Source: an uncultured cyanobacterium
GTDB taxonomy: Bacteria; Cyanobacteriota; Cyanobacteriia; Cyanobacteriales; Cyanobacteriaceae
NCBI GenBank assembly: GCA_963749915.1
Contig: CAVVOP010000008.1
Coordinates: 192,001-256,000 of the forward strand
Length of the DNA: 64,000 nucleotides
Reading direction: 5' to 3'
This document shows, piece by piece, positions 10,248 to 20,564 of the stretch. The position numbers and the translations under genes are program-made. Position 1 is the first letter of the stretch, and every line of letters starts with the position of its first letter. The notes below the pieces were generated by a model. It was given only the letters and a program-made list of their open reading frames with translations. It was not told the origin of the DNA and searched no databases.

Positions 10248-10465
10248 GCACCTCTCCAAAAATTACAATTTAGTGTTGAAAATCATCGAAAAAGTTATCT
10301 AAGTTCATAAATTATTTGCGAGTATCGATTGGTTTTTAAATTATGGGAGAGGTCTTTTGTTTATTTCTAAGATCTTTCAGTGTTGCCTATTGCTGAGTTT
10401 TGATGAAAGAAATTTTAAAACAATGCAATATATATTAATAAAATAATTCGAGGAGAATATCAATT

Positions 10466-12364
10466 GTGAGCGGATTACATGATTTGCCTTTAGATGCACA
10501 AGCACAATACGAAGGAGAAAGAACCACATTTGACCAAAACGCGTCGGGGGCATCTTATATTTATGTAACACAAGACAATAGCGATCTTATAGAGGTTGAT
10601 TTTAATCGAAACCCTTTGATCGCTGCGGCGACAGATCCCGATAGTCCATCCTATGACCCTAACCTTAACCCTGATAGTATCAAAAAATTCTTTGTACCTA
10701 ATTTTATCTCTGTAGGTTTTGACAATAATGGGGAAAAGATTTATACAGAAAAAACAGTTGCCACTTTCCAACCATCCCAAGGTTTATATCAGGATCTTGT
10801 TACCTTGGGGCAAACAGACAATAAGTTTGATGCTTTTGAGTTTCTTATCCCTCCTGAAGCAACCACAGCATTTCACACCCACTTTAATGGAACGGAAATA
10901 TTCTATGTGTTGGGAGGAGATCCTGCCAACGATGATAACCCGAACATTGATGATAACGATAATGTTGTATTTGATTTGAACGCCGATGCTGATGGCGTAT
11001 TTAATCTGGCAGACCCGACGAATCCTTTTTCCGTTCTTAAAGATGATGAAATTGAGATTAACGATGTTAAGGTGACGAAGGGATCTTTTGTGTCAGTACC
11101 GGCGGGAAAAGTTCACACCTGGTCAAATACTGGTTCTGTACCCGCAAGAGTAATCGCTTTTATTGTTCCAGGAGGTATTGCAGAAGGATTCAGAGAAGCC
11201 GGAACTGGAGCTGGGATATTTGATCCTAAGCCGGAAGTCCATCCTTTAACTGATAACTATGAACCGACGGGCAGAACCCCTACGGAAGTAAATGGTGTAG
11301 TTCCTGCTGATGCCCAATTTTACGATTTACTTAAACAGCTACAAGCTATCCCCGATCTCACTAATAAATTAGGGTTTGCTCCTATTCCTACCTATATTGA
11401 AGGTGCAGGACCAGTTATTACCTATGGTGTTAGTGCCGATGGCAGTGGTGCTTTCAAAATTGATCCTTCTGATGAAGCAGGTATTGGTGGAATCGCAAAT
11501 CCTCAAGGAGGTTCTGCTTTGGTCGGAGACGATTCTCCCGGTGCTGCTGATGCTGTATCTGCAACAGTCGACCCTTTTGCTGGATCATCCTTTGAGAATC
11601 CTTTTACCGTTTTGCGATTCGGACAAAATGATGGAATTTTGAACCCTACTCCCATTGAAACTAAATTATTCTCTATTTCTGCACAAGAAGGGGAATATGG
11701 TGATATTAGCAATAATTATGAATTGTTTGGGGTTTTGAGTGGTGAAGTTACATTTGAGTTCGGAGAACAAGATAGTGACCAACATCATGTTCAATTAGCT
11801 TCTGAAGGTGATTACGTTTATATTGAACCGGGTAATCATTTCCATTTAATGGGAACAGAAAGCGGTGCTAATTTAATTCAATTTTCTGGTCTAGCTTCCC
11901 AAAGTCCCCCGACAGATCTTCTTAATACTCCTTTTTATCGCTTTCAAAATACCAATATTTCAGGTACTTATATTTATGCGGGAGAACAAGAAGCACAAAA
12001 TATTCGGCAAAATTTCCTTAATTTTCAAGAGGAGGGGGTTGCTTTTAATGTCGCAGTCCAACCTAATGACAGTTTAATTTCGCTGTACCGTTTTCAAAAT
12101 CGCGATTTACCCGGTACTTATCTTTATGTGGGAGAAGAAGAACGTCAAAGTATTAAACAGAATTATACTAACTTTGTAGAAGAAGGCTTGGCCTTCTATG
12201 CTTATGGATCTGACGCAAATATGGGACAAGATATCTATCGTTTTCAAAGTCTTGTCAATCCTGGTACTTATTTGTATGTGGGGGAACAGGAAAAACAAAG
12301 TATTGAAGCCAACTATGGTTCTCAATTCACTCTAGAAGGTGTAGCTTTTGAAGCTTCAACATAA
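10466..12364 (+). CDS. Acidic cupin-domain protein with C-terminal triple YRFQN repeat tail, probably exported
   Basis: Cupin metal motifs FHTHFNGTEIFYV and VPAGKVHTWSN; degenerate second cupin (GDYVYIEPG); GAGGAG RBS before GTG; three ~50-aa tail repeats. Confidence 0.75.
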   Translation: MSGLHDLPLDAQAQYEGERTTFDQNASGASYIYVTQDNSDLIEVDFNRNPLIAAATDPDSPSYDPNLNPDSIKKFFVPNFISVGFDNNGEKIYTEKTVATFQPSQGLYQDLVTLGQTDNKFDAFEFLIPPEATTAFHTHFNGTEIFYVLGGDPANDDNPNIDDNDNVVFDLNADADGVFNLADPTNPFSVLKDDEIEINDVKVTKGSFVSVPAGKVHTWSNTGSVPARVIAFIVPGGIAEGFREAGTGAGIFDPKPEVHPLTDNYEPTGRTPTEVNGVVPADAQFYDLLKQLQAIPDLTNKLGFAPIPTYIEGAGPVITYGVSADGSGAFKIDPSDEAGIGGIANPQGGSALVGDDSPGAADAVSATVDPFAGSSFENPFTVLRFGQNDGILNPTPIETKLFSISAQEGEYGDISNNYELFGVLSGEVTFEFGEQDSDQHHVQLASEGDYVYIEPGNHFHLMGTESGANLIQFSGLASQSPPTDLLNTPFYRFQNTNISGTYIYAGEQEAQNIRQNFLNFQEEGVAFNVAVQPNDSLISLYRFQNRDLPGTYLYVGEEERQSIKQNYTNFVEEGLAFYAYGSDANMGQDIYRFQSLVNPGTYLYVGEQEKQSIEANYGSQFTLEGVAFEAST

Positions 12365-12576
12365 ATTTAACCCAAGTTGCTAGTCACAAAAATGAGCGTT
12401 CCAGAGTAAAGGGAAAAATAGACCTCTTCCAGAATAAGGGGACTAAGATAAGTAAAGGAAGATTCGAAAACCCGAAGATTCGTGAATCATACCCCTATAT
12501 ATAGAGTACCTCAGGTTCATCGTATCTAAAAAATTAAAACAAATCAAGGAATTTTTACATTAGGAATATAAAATTA

Positions 12577-15500
12577 ATGACAACAACATTTACTAATCCT
12601 ATTCCGGCAGACGTACTTAAAAATGCTCATATTATTCAACAAGATAATTTTGATAGTTGGAGTCAAGGCTATGATGTAGATGGCTATTTAAAAGTATTAC
12701 CTCATCCAGATGAAAAAATACCCTTCGATGATCCTCTTTCTAAATGGCAAGAAGACAACCAAGATTACAAAAATGGTAATTTTGTTTATGAAGCGGATGA
12801 TGGTAGTTACTTTTCTAGTTGGGGTCCCAAAGAAATTCTGGAAGTTACTCTGACCTTAGATGAATTGGAAGAAATATTGATTGATGGTTTCGGCACAATT
12901 CAGGCTGGTGAATTGATCAGTAATAATCTTGAAGAACTGACTTCCTATCAGTTTTTGAGAGCTTATAATGGCAAAATTCCCGGTCCAATGTTAATTACAG
13001 AACCGGGAGATACATTAAGAATCACCTTACAAAATAATCTTGACGATCAGGTAACTAATCTGCATACCCATGGGTTACATGTTTCGCCAATGGGTAATGG
13101 GGATAATGTTTTAATTGCTGCTGATCCGGGTGATGATTGGGTAGTAGAAATTGAGATCCCAGAAAATCATTTTATTGGCCCTGACTGGTACCATCCTCAT
13201 CTTCATGGCACAGTTAATTTACAAGTATCTTCTGGGTTAGCAGGTTATTTATTAATCAATCCACCCCATGATTTGCCTGATTTGGAGAAATTTGATCCCG
13301 TAACTCAACCATCTTTCTTCATGGCGTTGAATACTTTTGGGATTCAACAGATTGACAGAACTAGTGCTCCTGATGATCCTCTTAACCAATCAGATCCAGA
13401 AATTCTAATTCCCGCAGGTACTCCTTTGGAGGAATTAGAAGAAAACGTATTTAGCCTTTCTGACGCTCCTTATGTTGGTTATAATGCCAAACCCATTTTC
13501 TATGATCCTCAATCTCCAGCAGGGGGTTTTACGGAGTTTGGTCCTTTATTTCGTTATGGAGATGGAACTCACGGTGAAGCAACGGAAAATGTTATTCATA
13601 CGGTAAATGGTCAATATAATCCAACCATGGAAGTTGGTACTGGTGAATGGACTTTATTTTCTTTTGCCAATATGAGTGTCAATTCATTTCATGTAATTCA
13701 ACTAATTAAAGAAGATGAACAAGGCAATCTTTCCCTAGAGGAAGTCCAATTAGTTGCCATTGATGGGGATGCAGCTGGGGTAGTAGAAGACATCAGAAGA
13801 AATGTAACTGAAACACCCATTGTTAACCCCGGATCTCGTATCTCAGTTCAACATATATTTGATGAACCAGGTAAATATTATTTTCTTTCCAATGCCACAG
13901 AAGAACTTTTGGGTGATGATGCCCCTATCTTAACCAGTGCCAAAGGATTTAATGATGGTCATGTAATCTGGGGTTCTCAGGTATTGGGTACTGTTGAGGT
14001 GACAGGAGAGGAAATACCTCCTGAGCAACTTCCTCCTTTTCCCGAACCTTATGATGTTTTAGTTGAGCAAAGTGACAAAATTAATGAGCTTGTTGATTCT
14101 GCTTTAGCTGGAGATTTTGACGAGGAAAGAACTTTTGTTTGGGATGCCAATTTTGGTGGGGCCACTCAACAGCCAGGAGAAGATCCTATTACTTTTGAGG
14201 GGATTTACACTATTAACGGAGAATTTTTTGCCACTAGTGGCGGAGGAATGCCTGCTTTAACTATGCCCATGGTCGGTACTTCTGAAGTTTGGAATATAGT
14301 GAATAGTTCTGGAGTGAGTAATCCCGAATATGCAGAACAAGGAAGAGATTTTCCTTTGACAGAGTGGCATCCTTTCCATATCCACCAAAATGATTTTGTT
14401 GTTTTGGAAATTAACGGTATTCCCGTTGAAGAAATGGAACAGAATTATTTGGCGAGAGTATTAAGTGATACCATCGCTTTACCTCCAAGTCATGCACCTG
14501 GTTCTGCGACTCCTGAAAATCCTTTTGGAATAACTCAATTTAATGGTGATCCTTCTGTGGTCAAAATTTTAATGGAATTTGCCGATTTCCCTGGTAGCTA
14601 TGTTAATCACTGTCATATTCTCTTTCATGAGGATGCAGGAATGATGGCGGTAGTTCGGGTAATTTTAAATACGAATGATACTTGGCTTAGTTTAAGTACT
14701 GATAACGGTAATTTTATTCGTTTATTCACAGCTAGTAATACCAATCAAAACGTCAGACTAAATGCCTACAATTTCAGTGACGGTGTTGATGTAGCGATCG
14801 CCGATGTTAACTATAAAAATAATCTTGGTGCGGGAAATACAAATGTTACTGATAACGTCACCGATGTAGTAACAATTCAAAAACAATTAACGAGTCTCGA
14901 TCAACAATTTACCGTTAAAGTGTTTGATGGTGAATCAATGTTTCAACAAACGGAAGCAGGAGCAAGTATATTACAAGGGGATGACTCTAATCTTTTACTG
15001 GCGGAGATTAGACCCTTTGCCAATATTACACCAACTTTAGACCAAACAGCATCTATAGCTAGTGGAGATGTCAACGGTGATGGTTTTGCTGATATTATGG
15101 CTGCTCTCGGTGGAGGAATTCAACCTCTAATTGAAATATATAGCGGTCAAGATTATAGTTTAATGGCACAACTTAATCTTTTCCATCATGGCGGTTTTAC
15201 CGGTACGATTAATGTTTCTTCTGGGGATATTAATGGAGATAACTTTGATGACATTCTTGTTGCCCAAGGAGCAGGAGGAGAAGGTAAAGTTGAAGCCTAT
15301 AGCGGTATTCTTTTAGATGGTTTAATCCGCTCTGGGGAAATTACCGATTTAAGTGGTAATGATGTAGCTCATGAAACGGCTATGTTCTCCGAGGCCTTTC
15401 AACCGTATGGTGACTCCTATACTGGAGAAATAGAAATTACCTCTGGCTATGTTTTACAAACTCCTGAAATCCCCAATGATAGCCCCTCTCAAACCAATGC

Positions 15501-16266
15501 AGCAAACATTACTACTGTGGCGATCGGTGATTTACCCGCAGGGCAAGAACCAGTTAAAATTCATAGTTTTCTCGGTGGTGGACATCACAGTAGTTCTGAC
15601 CATTCAGGAGATAATGCAGAAGGTGCTCCTGAAATTCGCCTAGATAAGGAGTTTACTCCCTCAGGCAATATTGAAGAAATTGCTGGTACTTTTGCCGATA
15701 TTAATGGCGATCGCGGACAAGGTGTTTTATTTACTCAGGATGGTCAGGGTAATAATAAATTAATTCATTTACAAGAGCAAAATATTCCCGAAGAGATAAC
15801 CGTCGAGTCTCCTGTCACCGATCTTTTTGATAGTCCTTTTTATCGTTTCCAAAACAAAGATATTCCCAGTACTTATCTTTATGCGGGAGAACAAGAAGCT
15901 CAAAATATACGCCAAAATTTTCCCAATTTTCAAGAGGAAGGTTTTGCTTTTAATGCCTCAGTTACTCCCAATGATGAGTTAATCTCTTTGTACCGTTTCC
16001 AAAATATGAATTTACCCGGTACTTATCTTTATGTAGGGGAACAAGAACGTCAAAGTGTTTTAGCCAACTTTCCTAATTTTACCGAGGAAGGATTGGCGTT
16101 TTACGCTTTCGGTGCCGATGCAAACAAAGGACAAGATATCTACCGTTTCCAAAATATAAATTTACCCGGTACTTATCTCTATGTAGGAGAACAAGAACGT
16201 CAAAGTGTTTTAGCTAATTTTCCTAATTTTGTAGAAGAGGGTATAGCTTTTGAAGTTCTAACATAA
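12577..16266 (+). CDS. Multicopper oxidase with FG-GAP-like repeats and C-terminal triple YRFQN tail
   Basis: All four Cu motifs present: NLHTHGLH, WYHPHLHG, HPFHIHQN, HCHILFHEDAGMM. FG-GAP-like GDVNGDGFADI and GDINGDNFDDILV. Tail shared with the upstream cupin. Confidence 0.9.
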   Translation: MTTTFTNPIPADVLKNAHIIQQDNFDSWSQGYDVDGYLKVLPHPDEKIPFDDPLSKWQEDNQDYKNGNFVYEADDGSYFSSWGPKEILEVTLTLDELEEILIDGFGTIQAGELISNNLEELTSYQFLRAYNGKIPGPMLITEPGDTLRITLQNNLDDQVTNLHTHGLHVSPMGNGDNVLIAADPGDDWVVEIEIPENHFIGPDWYHPHLHGTVNLQVSSGLAGYLLINPPHDLPDLEKFDPVTQPSFFMALNTFGIQQIDRTSAPDDPLNQSDPEILIPAGTPLEELEENVFSLSDAPYVGYNAKPIFYDPQSPAGGFTEFGPLFRYGDGTHGEATENVIHTVNGQYNPTMEVGTGEWTLFSFANMSVNSFHVIQLIKEDEQGNLSLEEVQLVAIDGDAAGVVEDIRRNVTETPIVNPGSRISVQHIFDEPGKYYFLSNATEELLGDDAPILTSAKGFNDGHVIWGSQVLGTVEVTGEEIPPEQLPPFPEPYDVLVEQSDKINELVDSALAGDFDEERTFVWDANFGGATQQPGEDPITFEGIYTINGEFFATSGGGMPALTMPMVGTSEVWNIVNSSGVSNPEYAEQGRDFPLTEWHPFHIHQNDFVVLEINGIPVEEMEQNYLARVLSDTIALPPSHAPGSATPENPFGITQFNGDPSVVKILMEFADFPGSYVNHCHILFHEDAGMMAVVRVILNTNDTWLSLSTDNGNFIRLFTASNTNQNVRLNAYNFSDGVDVAIADVNYKNNLGAGNTNVTDNVTDVVTIQKQLTSLDQQFTVKVFDGESMFQQTEAGASILQGDDSNLLLAEIRPFANITPTLDQTASIASGDVNGDGFADIMAALGGGIQPLIEIYSGQDYSLMAQLNLFHHGGFTGTINVSSGDINGDNFDDILVAQGAGGEGKVEAYSGILLDGLIRSGEITDLSGNDVAHETAMFSEAFQPYGDSYTGEIEITSGYVLQTPEIPNDSPSQTNAANITTVAIGDLPAGQEPVKIHSFLGGGHHSSSDHSGDNAEGAPEIRLDKEFTPSGNIEEIAGTFADINGDRGQGVLFTQDGQGNNKLIHLQEQNIPEEITVESPVTDLFDSPFYRFQNKDIPSTYLYAGEQEAQNIRQNFPNFQEEGFAFNASVTPNDELISLYRFQNMNLPGTYLYVGEQERQSVLANFPNFTEEGLAFYAFGADANKGQDIYRFQNINLPGTYLYVGEQERQSVLANFPNFVEEGIAFEVLT

Positions 16267-16379
16267 ATTTAACCTAAGTTGCTAATTACAAAAATGATCT
16301 TTCTAGTGGTCTATCAATTTTGTAATGAGGGATAGGAGAATTCTCAATACTGGGAGGGTTTTGGAAAATATAATTGTCG

Positions 16380-16525
16380 GCGGTTATCGAGCGAAGTCGA
16401 GATGTGAAAGGCGCACTTGGTAGAGCACCAGAGGGCAGATTACTATCATTAGTTTCTGACCCTTATTTTGCGGGGAAAATCTTCTTTTTTTGAATTTTGA
16501 ATTTTGAATTTCCCCGTCAGGGGCT
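16380..16525. repeat. Cluster of short cyanobacterial repeats (GAGCGAAGTCGA-type element; TTTTGAA x3)
   Basis: TCGAGCGAAGTCGA at about 16387-16400; (TTTTGAA)3 at about 16488-16508. Confidence 0.5.
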
Positions 16526-16564
16526 TATTACTTATTACTTCGTCCCAACGACAACGTTAGTTAA

Positions 16565-17320
16565 CTACATCATCACTTGCCGTGCTATTTCTATAAACTT
16601 TTGAGTTATAGGATGAGTTGGATATTTGAGACAAAATACACCCTCACTTGCCAGTTGGGCAATATCCTCAGACAGGGGAAAAATACCCACCACAGGGATA
16701 TTATAGGCTTCTTCAACCTTTTGCTTAAGAGCATCAAAATTCATGGTAGTTAACGCCTTATTAATCACCAAAAGCATTTTTTTCACCTTTAACTGTTTAG
16801 CGACATCTATGGTTACCGCCGTGCCCTGATAATCCTGTTTATCAGGACGCAACAGTAAAATTAAAACATGGGAAATAGCAATAGATAAAAAAGTTTGCTT
16901 TGATAAACCAGGGTGGGTATCAATCACAAGATAATCTAACTGTAATTCCCTAACTAAAAGGCGAAAACCGTCATTCAGCAACCTGACATCGAAACCATCC
17001 GAAAGAATCCTCGCTATGTCATCAGCTTTCACACTGGAAGGTACCAGAAAAACCTTACCATCACCCTTGAGATTAATTTTGTCACTGACATCATAAGCCG
17101 CATCTTCAATATTCGCCTGTCCCCAAAGGTAGTTATTAAGGGTTGTTGCCACTTGTTGCAGTTCTAAGTTAAAAATATTGTGAATACCAGGAGATTGAAT
17201 ATCTGTGTCCACGACACCAACTCGATAACCTTGTAAAGCGAGTGTTGTTGCAAGATTAGCAGAAAAATTTGATTTTCCTGTTCCGCCTCTGTAAGAGTGA
17301 ATTGAAATAACTTTGGGCAT
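16565..17320 (-). CDS. MinD/ParA-family ATPase
   Basis: Deviant Walker A YRGGTGKS, VDTDIQSPG, DYLVIDTHPG, INK. Confidence 0.88.
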   Translation of the reverse strand: MPKVISIHSYRGGTGKSNFSANLATTLALQGYRVGVVDTDIQSPGIHNIFNLELQQVATTLNNYLWGQANIEDAAYDVSDKINLKGDGKVFLVPSSVKADDIARILSDGFDVRLLNDGFRLLVRELQLDYLVIDTHPGLSKQTFLSIAISHVLILLLRPDKQDYQGTAVTIDVAKQLKVKKMLLVINKALTTMNFDALKQKVEEAYNIPVVGIFPLSEDIAQLASEGVFCLKYPTHPITQKFIEIARQVMM

Positions 17321-17421
17321 AAGAATTCTATTATTTGATGTTTACAATTAAGCTGGGATTATTTACTTAAGTATTTTAAGTCATTAATTTAGAACACAAT
17401 CTTCAAAATGAGCTAACGGTG

Positions 17422-18042
17422 AGATATTAATTTAACTGTCCACATTATGCAGCTTTTCGATCTGACTCTTCGCCCTATTTTCTCCTTAAATCTTGACACT
17501 TTGGATGTTTAAACAAGGAAGCCTCCTGGGGCAATGCCGCGACTAACTCTACCTCTCCATCTTGGTTAATGACCCAGCCGTTGACTTGCACAATTGATGT
17601 TGGAACTTGCTGACGGGACTGCTTTTTCACAGGAGGTAAATCTTCCCCGGTGTCTAATTCAGTAAAGTCTCGTAAATCAGGTAAAATTGTTTGTCCCCGA
17701 ATTGTAGTGGTGGGATCTTCTGGTAAACCACCTCTACCAGTGACAGTAAAAGAGTTTCCCTCAGCCCCTGCACAACCGGCAATCACGCGATCGCCGGGCT
17801 CGGTAGTTTGATCAGGCAATTCAACTAATCCGGAGGTGGGATCGACATCGGGGTTATTAATAGCAACAGTCCCCGCCAAACCAAATTCAGAAGAAGTGGT
17901 GATGTCACTGCGTGGTGTTTGTTCTGGGCGAAATTCGATGCCGAAGAGCCCATTAGCAGTAATGTCAACATTCCCGCCATTGCCCTCAAAAGCATTAGCT
18001 GTAATATCGCTATTTTCAAAAGGGGGAGCAATAATAAAGGGA
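17422..18042. repeat. Direct repeat copy 1 (~620 bp): 3' end and 3' flank of TpsA-like gene
   Basis: Aligns by eye with 22841-23460, including ~50 bp of non-coding DNA beyond the stop. Confidence 0.9.
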
Positions 18043-20132
18043 GCATTAATAGTGAGATTACCACCATTGCCACCACCGCCCTCAGTACCAGCAGCAGCAG
18101 AAATTTGACTATTATTAATCAAGTTAACTTGTTCAGCAATTTCTAAGGTCAGATTACCTCCTTGTCCAGAGGTGGTAGTTCCTGTAATTAAACCACGATC
18201 TAAAAATAGAGAATTAGCAGTAATTAATATGTCTCCAGCATTTCCTATCTTAGTACTATTAACAGCAACTTCAGCTCCATCTCGAACAGTTAAATTATCA
18301 GTATTAATAATTAAGCTGCCAGCATTTGAAGATCCAAAGCTACTGGTACTCAAGTTACTTGGAAGCTTACCATCCCTCGGTGAAAAAGAAAAACCACTGA
18401 CTTCCACCAACTCAGATGCGTTAATGAAGACATCTCCCGCTTCTCCCGTCGCAAATGTAGTCGCTTGAACGGTACCGCCATCCCGAATAATTAATCTCTG
18501 TGTATTTATAGTGAGAGACTGTGCATCCCCAGACCCTGTGGCCGCTGTCCAAAGAAGGCTTCTAGAAATATCCAAATTGTTTGGTATGTAGAATTTTGAC
18601 GTGCCTAATACTTCCACAGAATCTGACGCATTCACGGTTATTGTGCCACCATCTCCACTAAAAAGTGGGTTGGTTAAGAGTTGAGCACCATCACGAATAC
18701 TTAAGCGTCCAGTATCGATGATGATATTGCCAGCATTTCCAAAACCGACACTGGTAGAGGAGACGAGACTACCACTAGCCGATGATCTAAAAGCGGGCTC
18801 CCTAAATCCAGGAACATCAAAACCAAAGGGAAGAAATCTTTCTGGGACAAAACCGAGGGGTATTGCTTGACCGATTATTTCTAATGATTCAGTAGCACGG
18901 ATAGATATATCTCCTCCTCTACCTTCACCAAAGCTAAAGGCAGCAATCTCAGCTCCAAGATCAACAATCACCTTTTTTGTTTCAATAGTTATATTCCCTG
19001 CTTGCCCTTTACTAAATGAGGCCGTCGATATGCTCGTTTTACGGGGAATAATAATTCCAGCTCCAGACAATCGAGGATCAATAAGATCATCGACTAAAGT
19101 ATTTCCCAATACTTGCAAAGATTCAGTTGCATGGATTGATAGAGTTTCGCCGGGATTTTCTCCCAAGGTATACGAGCGAATCTGAGATCCTTCACTCATT
19201 ATCACATTTCTTCCTTGTAATTGGATGCCACCGCCCCCGTTTCCACTGGCATCAATGACAGCTAAGTTAGATATTTGAATATCTTGGAAGTTATCGACCC
19301 CTTCGTAGCTCAAATTCAGGACTTGGGGATTTTGAATAGATTGAGCTATCTGGACTTGATTATTAGCTCCTACTGCTCCTACCTCAATACGTCCACCAGG
19401 AGTCTGGACATTCAGTTCTAAACCATCACTACCCACTAAGGTTGCCCCAACCTTAGACAAATCAATAGTTCCCGCTGCCGCTGAAAGCTGACCGCCCTCT
19501 ATTCTGACTTCTCCTCCCACTAGAGCTAAGGTTCTTCCGGGTTGTACTTGAAGTCCCACAACGGTCTCTTTCCCATCATCCCCAACTTGAGTTGCTTGGG
19601 AACGATTGATAATGGTTCCGGGAGTAGCATTAAACCGTAAACCAATAGGTACACTGACTGTCAGTAGCGGTGTAACCTCAGATTTGGTGGCACTAAAAAT
19701 GTTGCCATCTGCAAATAGCAAGCTATCAGCAGTAGTACTTAAGAAAGATCCACCGATATTCAGTGTGGCATTATGACCAAAAATGATGCCACTAGGATTG
19801 ATCAAAAACAAATTCGCTGTACCATTAGCTTTTATAACTCCGTCAATATGAGAAATTTGCCCTCCAGTGACCCGAGTGATAATATTATCAATGGCAAGGG
19901 CATTGTCGAAGAAGGCAGTGTTGCCAGTCAAAACAGAAAACTCTCTGAGGCTATGAAACAGATTTCTCCCGGCAGTTGTTCCTCCGGTAATCTGCTGAAT
20001 TTCTTCCTTGATTTGGACCACAGAGTTATTAGGTAGACTATTGTCAGGAATAACTTGGGCAAGTACCATAGAAGGCATTGCCCAAGTGGCAAAAAAGGCA
20101 AGAAACAGCAATTGATAAATAGTCGATGGCAT
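17475..20132 (-). CDS. Filamentous haemagglutinin/TPS-domain exoprotein (TpsA-like, 885 aa)
   Basis: Signal peptide ending VLA-Q, NLFHS, NLFLINPSG TPS motif, G/N-rich beta-helix repeats, conserved tail SFTVTGRGGLP...GWVINQDGEVELVA. Confidence 0.92.
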   Translation of the reverse strand: MPSTIYQLLFLAFFATWAMPSMVLAQVIPDNSLPNNSVVQIKEEIQQITGGTTAGRNLFHSLREFSVLTGNTAFFDNALAIDNIITRVTGGQISHIDGVIKANGTANLFLINPSGIIFGHNATLNIGGSFLSTTADSLLFADGNIFSATKSEVTPLLTVSVPIGLRFNATPGTIINRSQATQVGDDGKETVVGLQVQPGRTLALVGGEVRIEGGQLSAAAGTIDLSKVGATLVGSDGLELNVQTPGGRIEVGAVGANNQVQIAQSIQNPQVLNLSYEGVDNFQDIQISNLAVIDASGNGGGGIQLQGRNVIMSEGSQIRSYTLGENPGETLSIHATESLQVLGNTLVDDLIDPRLSGAGIIIPRKTSISTASFSKGQAGNITIETKKVIVDLGAEIAAFSFGEGRGGDISIRATESLEIIGQAIPLGFVPERFLPFGFDVPGFREPAFRSSASGSLVSSTSVGFGNAGNIIIDTGRLSIRDGAQLLTNPLFSGDGGTITVNASDSVEVLGTSKFYIPNNLDISRSLLWTAATGSGDAQSLTINTQRLIIRDGGTVQATTFATGEAGDVFINASELVEVSGFSFSPRDGKLPSNLSTSSFGSSNAGSLIINTDNLTVRDGAEVAVNSTKIGNAGDILITANSLFLDRGLITGTTTSGQGGNLTLEIAEQVNLINNSQISAAAGTEGGGGNGGNLTINAPFIIAPPFENSDITANAFEGNGGNVDITANGLFGIEFRPEQTPRSDITTSSEFGLAGTVAINNPDVDPTSGLVELPDQTTEPGDRVIAGCAGAEGNSFTVTGRGGLPEDPTTTIRGQTILPDLRDFTELDTGEDLPPVKKQSRQQVPTSIVQVNGWVINQDGEVELVAALPQEASLFKHPKCQDLRRK

Positions 20133-20162
20133 TTGTATCTAAGGAACTGGATCTGATTCAGA

Positions 20163-20549
20163 TTATGGTTTAATAAATGAGAATTGTCGGCTCAAAAACT
20201 GCGTTTCGGTTTGTGGATATCCAGGATTGTTAGCATCTTCCAAAAAATACTGGATATTCGACTTTAAAAAACTGACAAATGCTTGACTGTTGATATGATG
20301 ACTAAGTGCCTCCGCACTTGAGTAACTCTCTATAAATACAATTTCTTCTTGCTCATTCAGTGGTATTGGATCTGGGGGAAGATCTTTTGGTTTACCAGTG
20401 TTGTCCACCGGAAAAGGAGCTTGTAAACTAACTAAATACATCAACACTCCAGGCTGAAACTGAGTATTCTCTGTTAGATTTTTTAACGCTGCGATGAGTT
20501 CTGGAGGACAACCGTTTTTAAGTTTCCAGTTGGATACCACAGTAATCAT
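20163..20549 (-). CDS. Antibiotic biosynthesis monooxygenase (ABM)/quinol monooxygenase-like protein
   Basis: QPGVLMY...IVFIESYSSAEALSHHINSQAF dimeric alpha-beta barrel pattern. Confidence 0.7.
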   Translation of the reverse strand: MITVVSNWKLKNGCPPELIAALKNLTENTQFQPGVLMYLVSLQAPFPVDNTGKPKDLPPDPIPLNEQEEIVFIESYSSAEALSHHINSQAFVSFLKSNIQYFLEDANNPGYPQTETQFLSRQFSFIKP

Positions 20550-20564
20550 TTTTCTTTCCTATGA

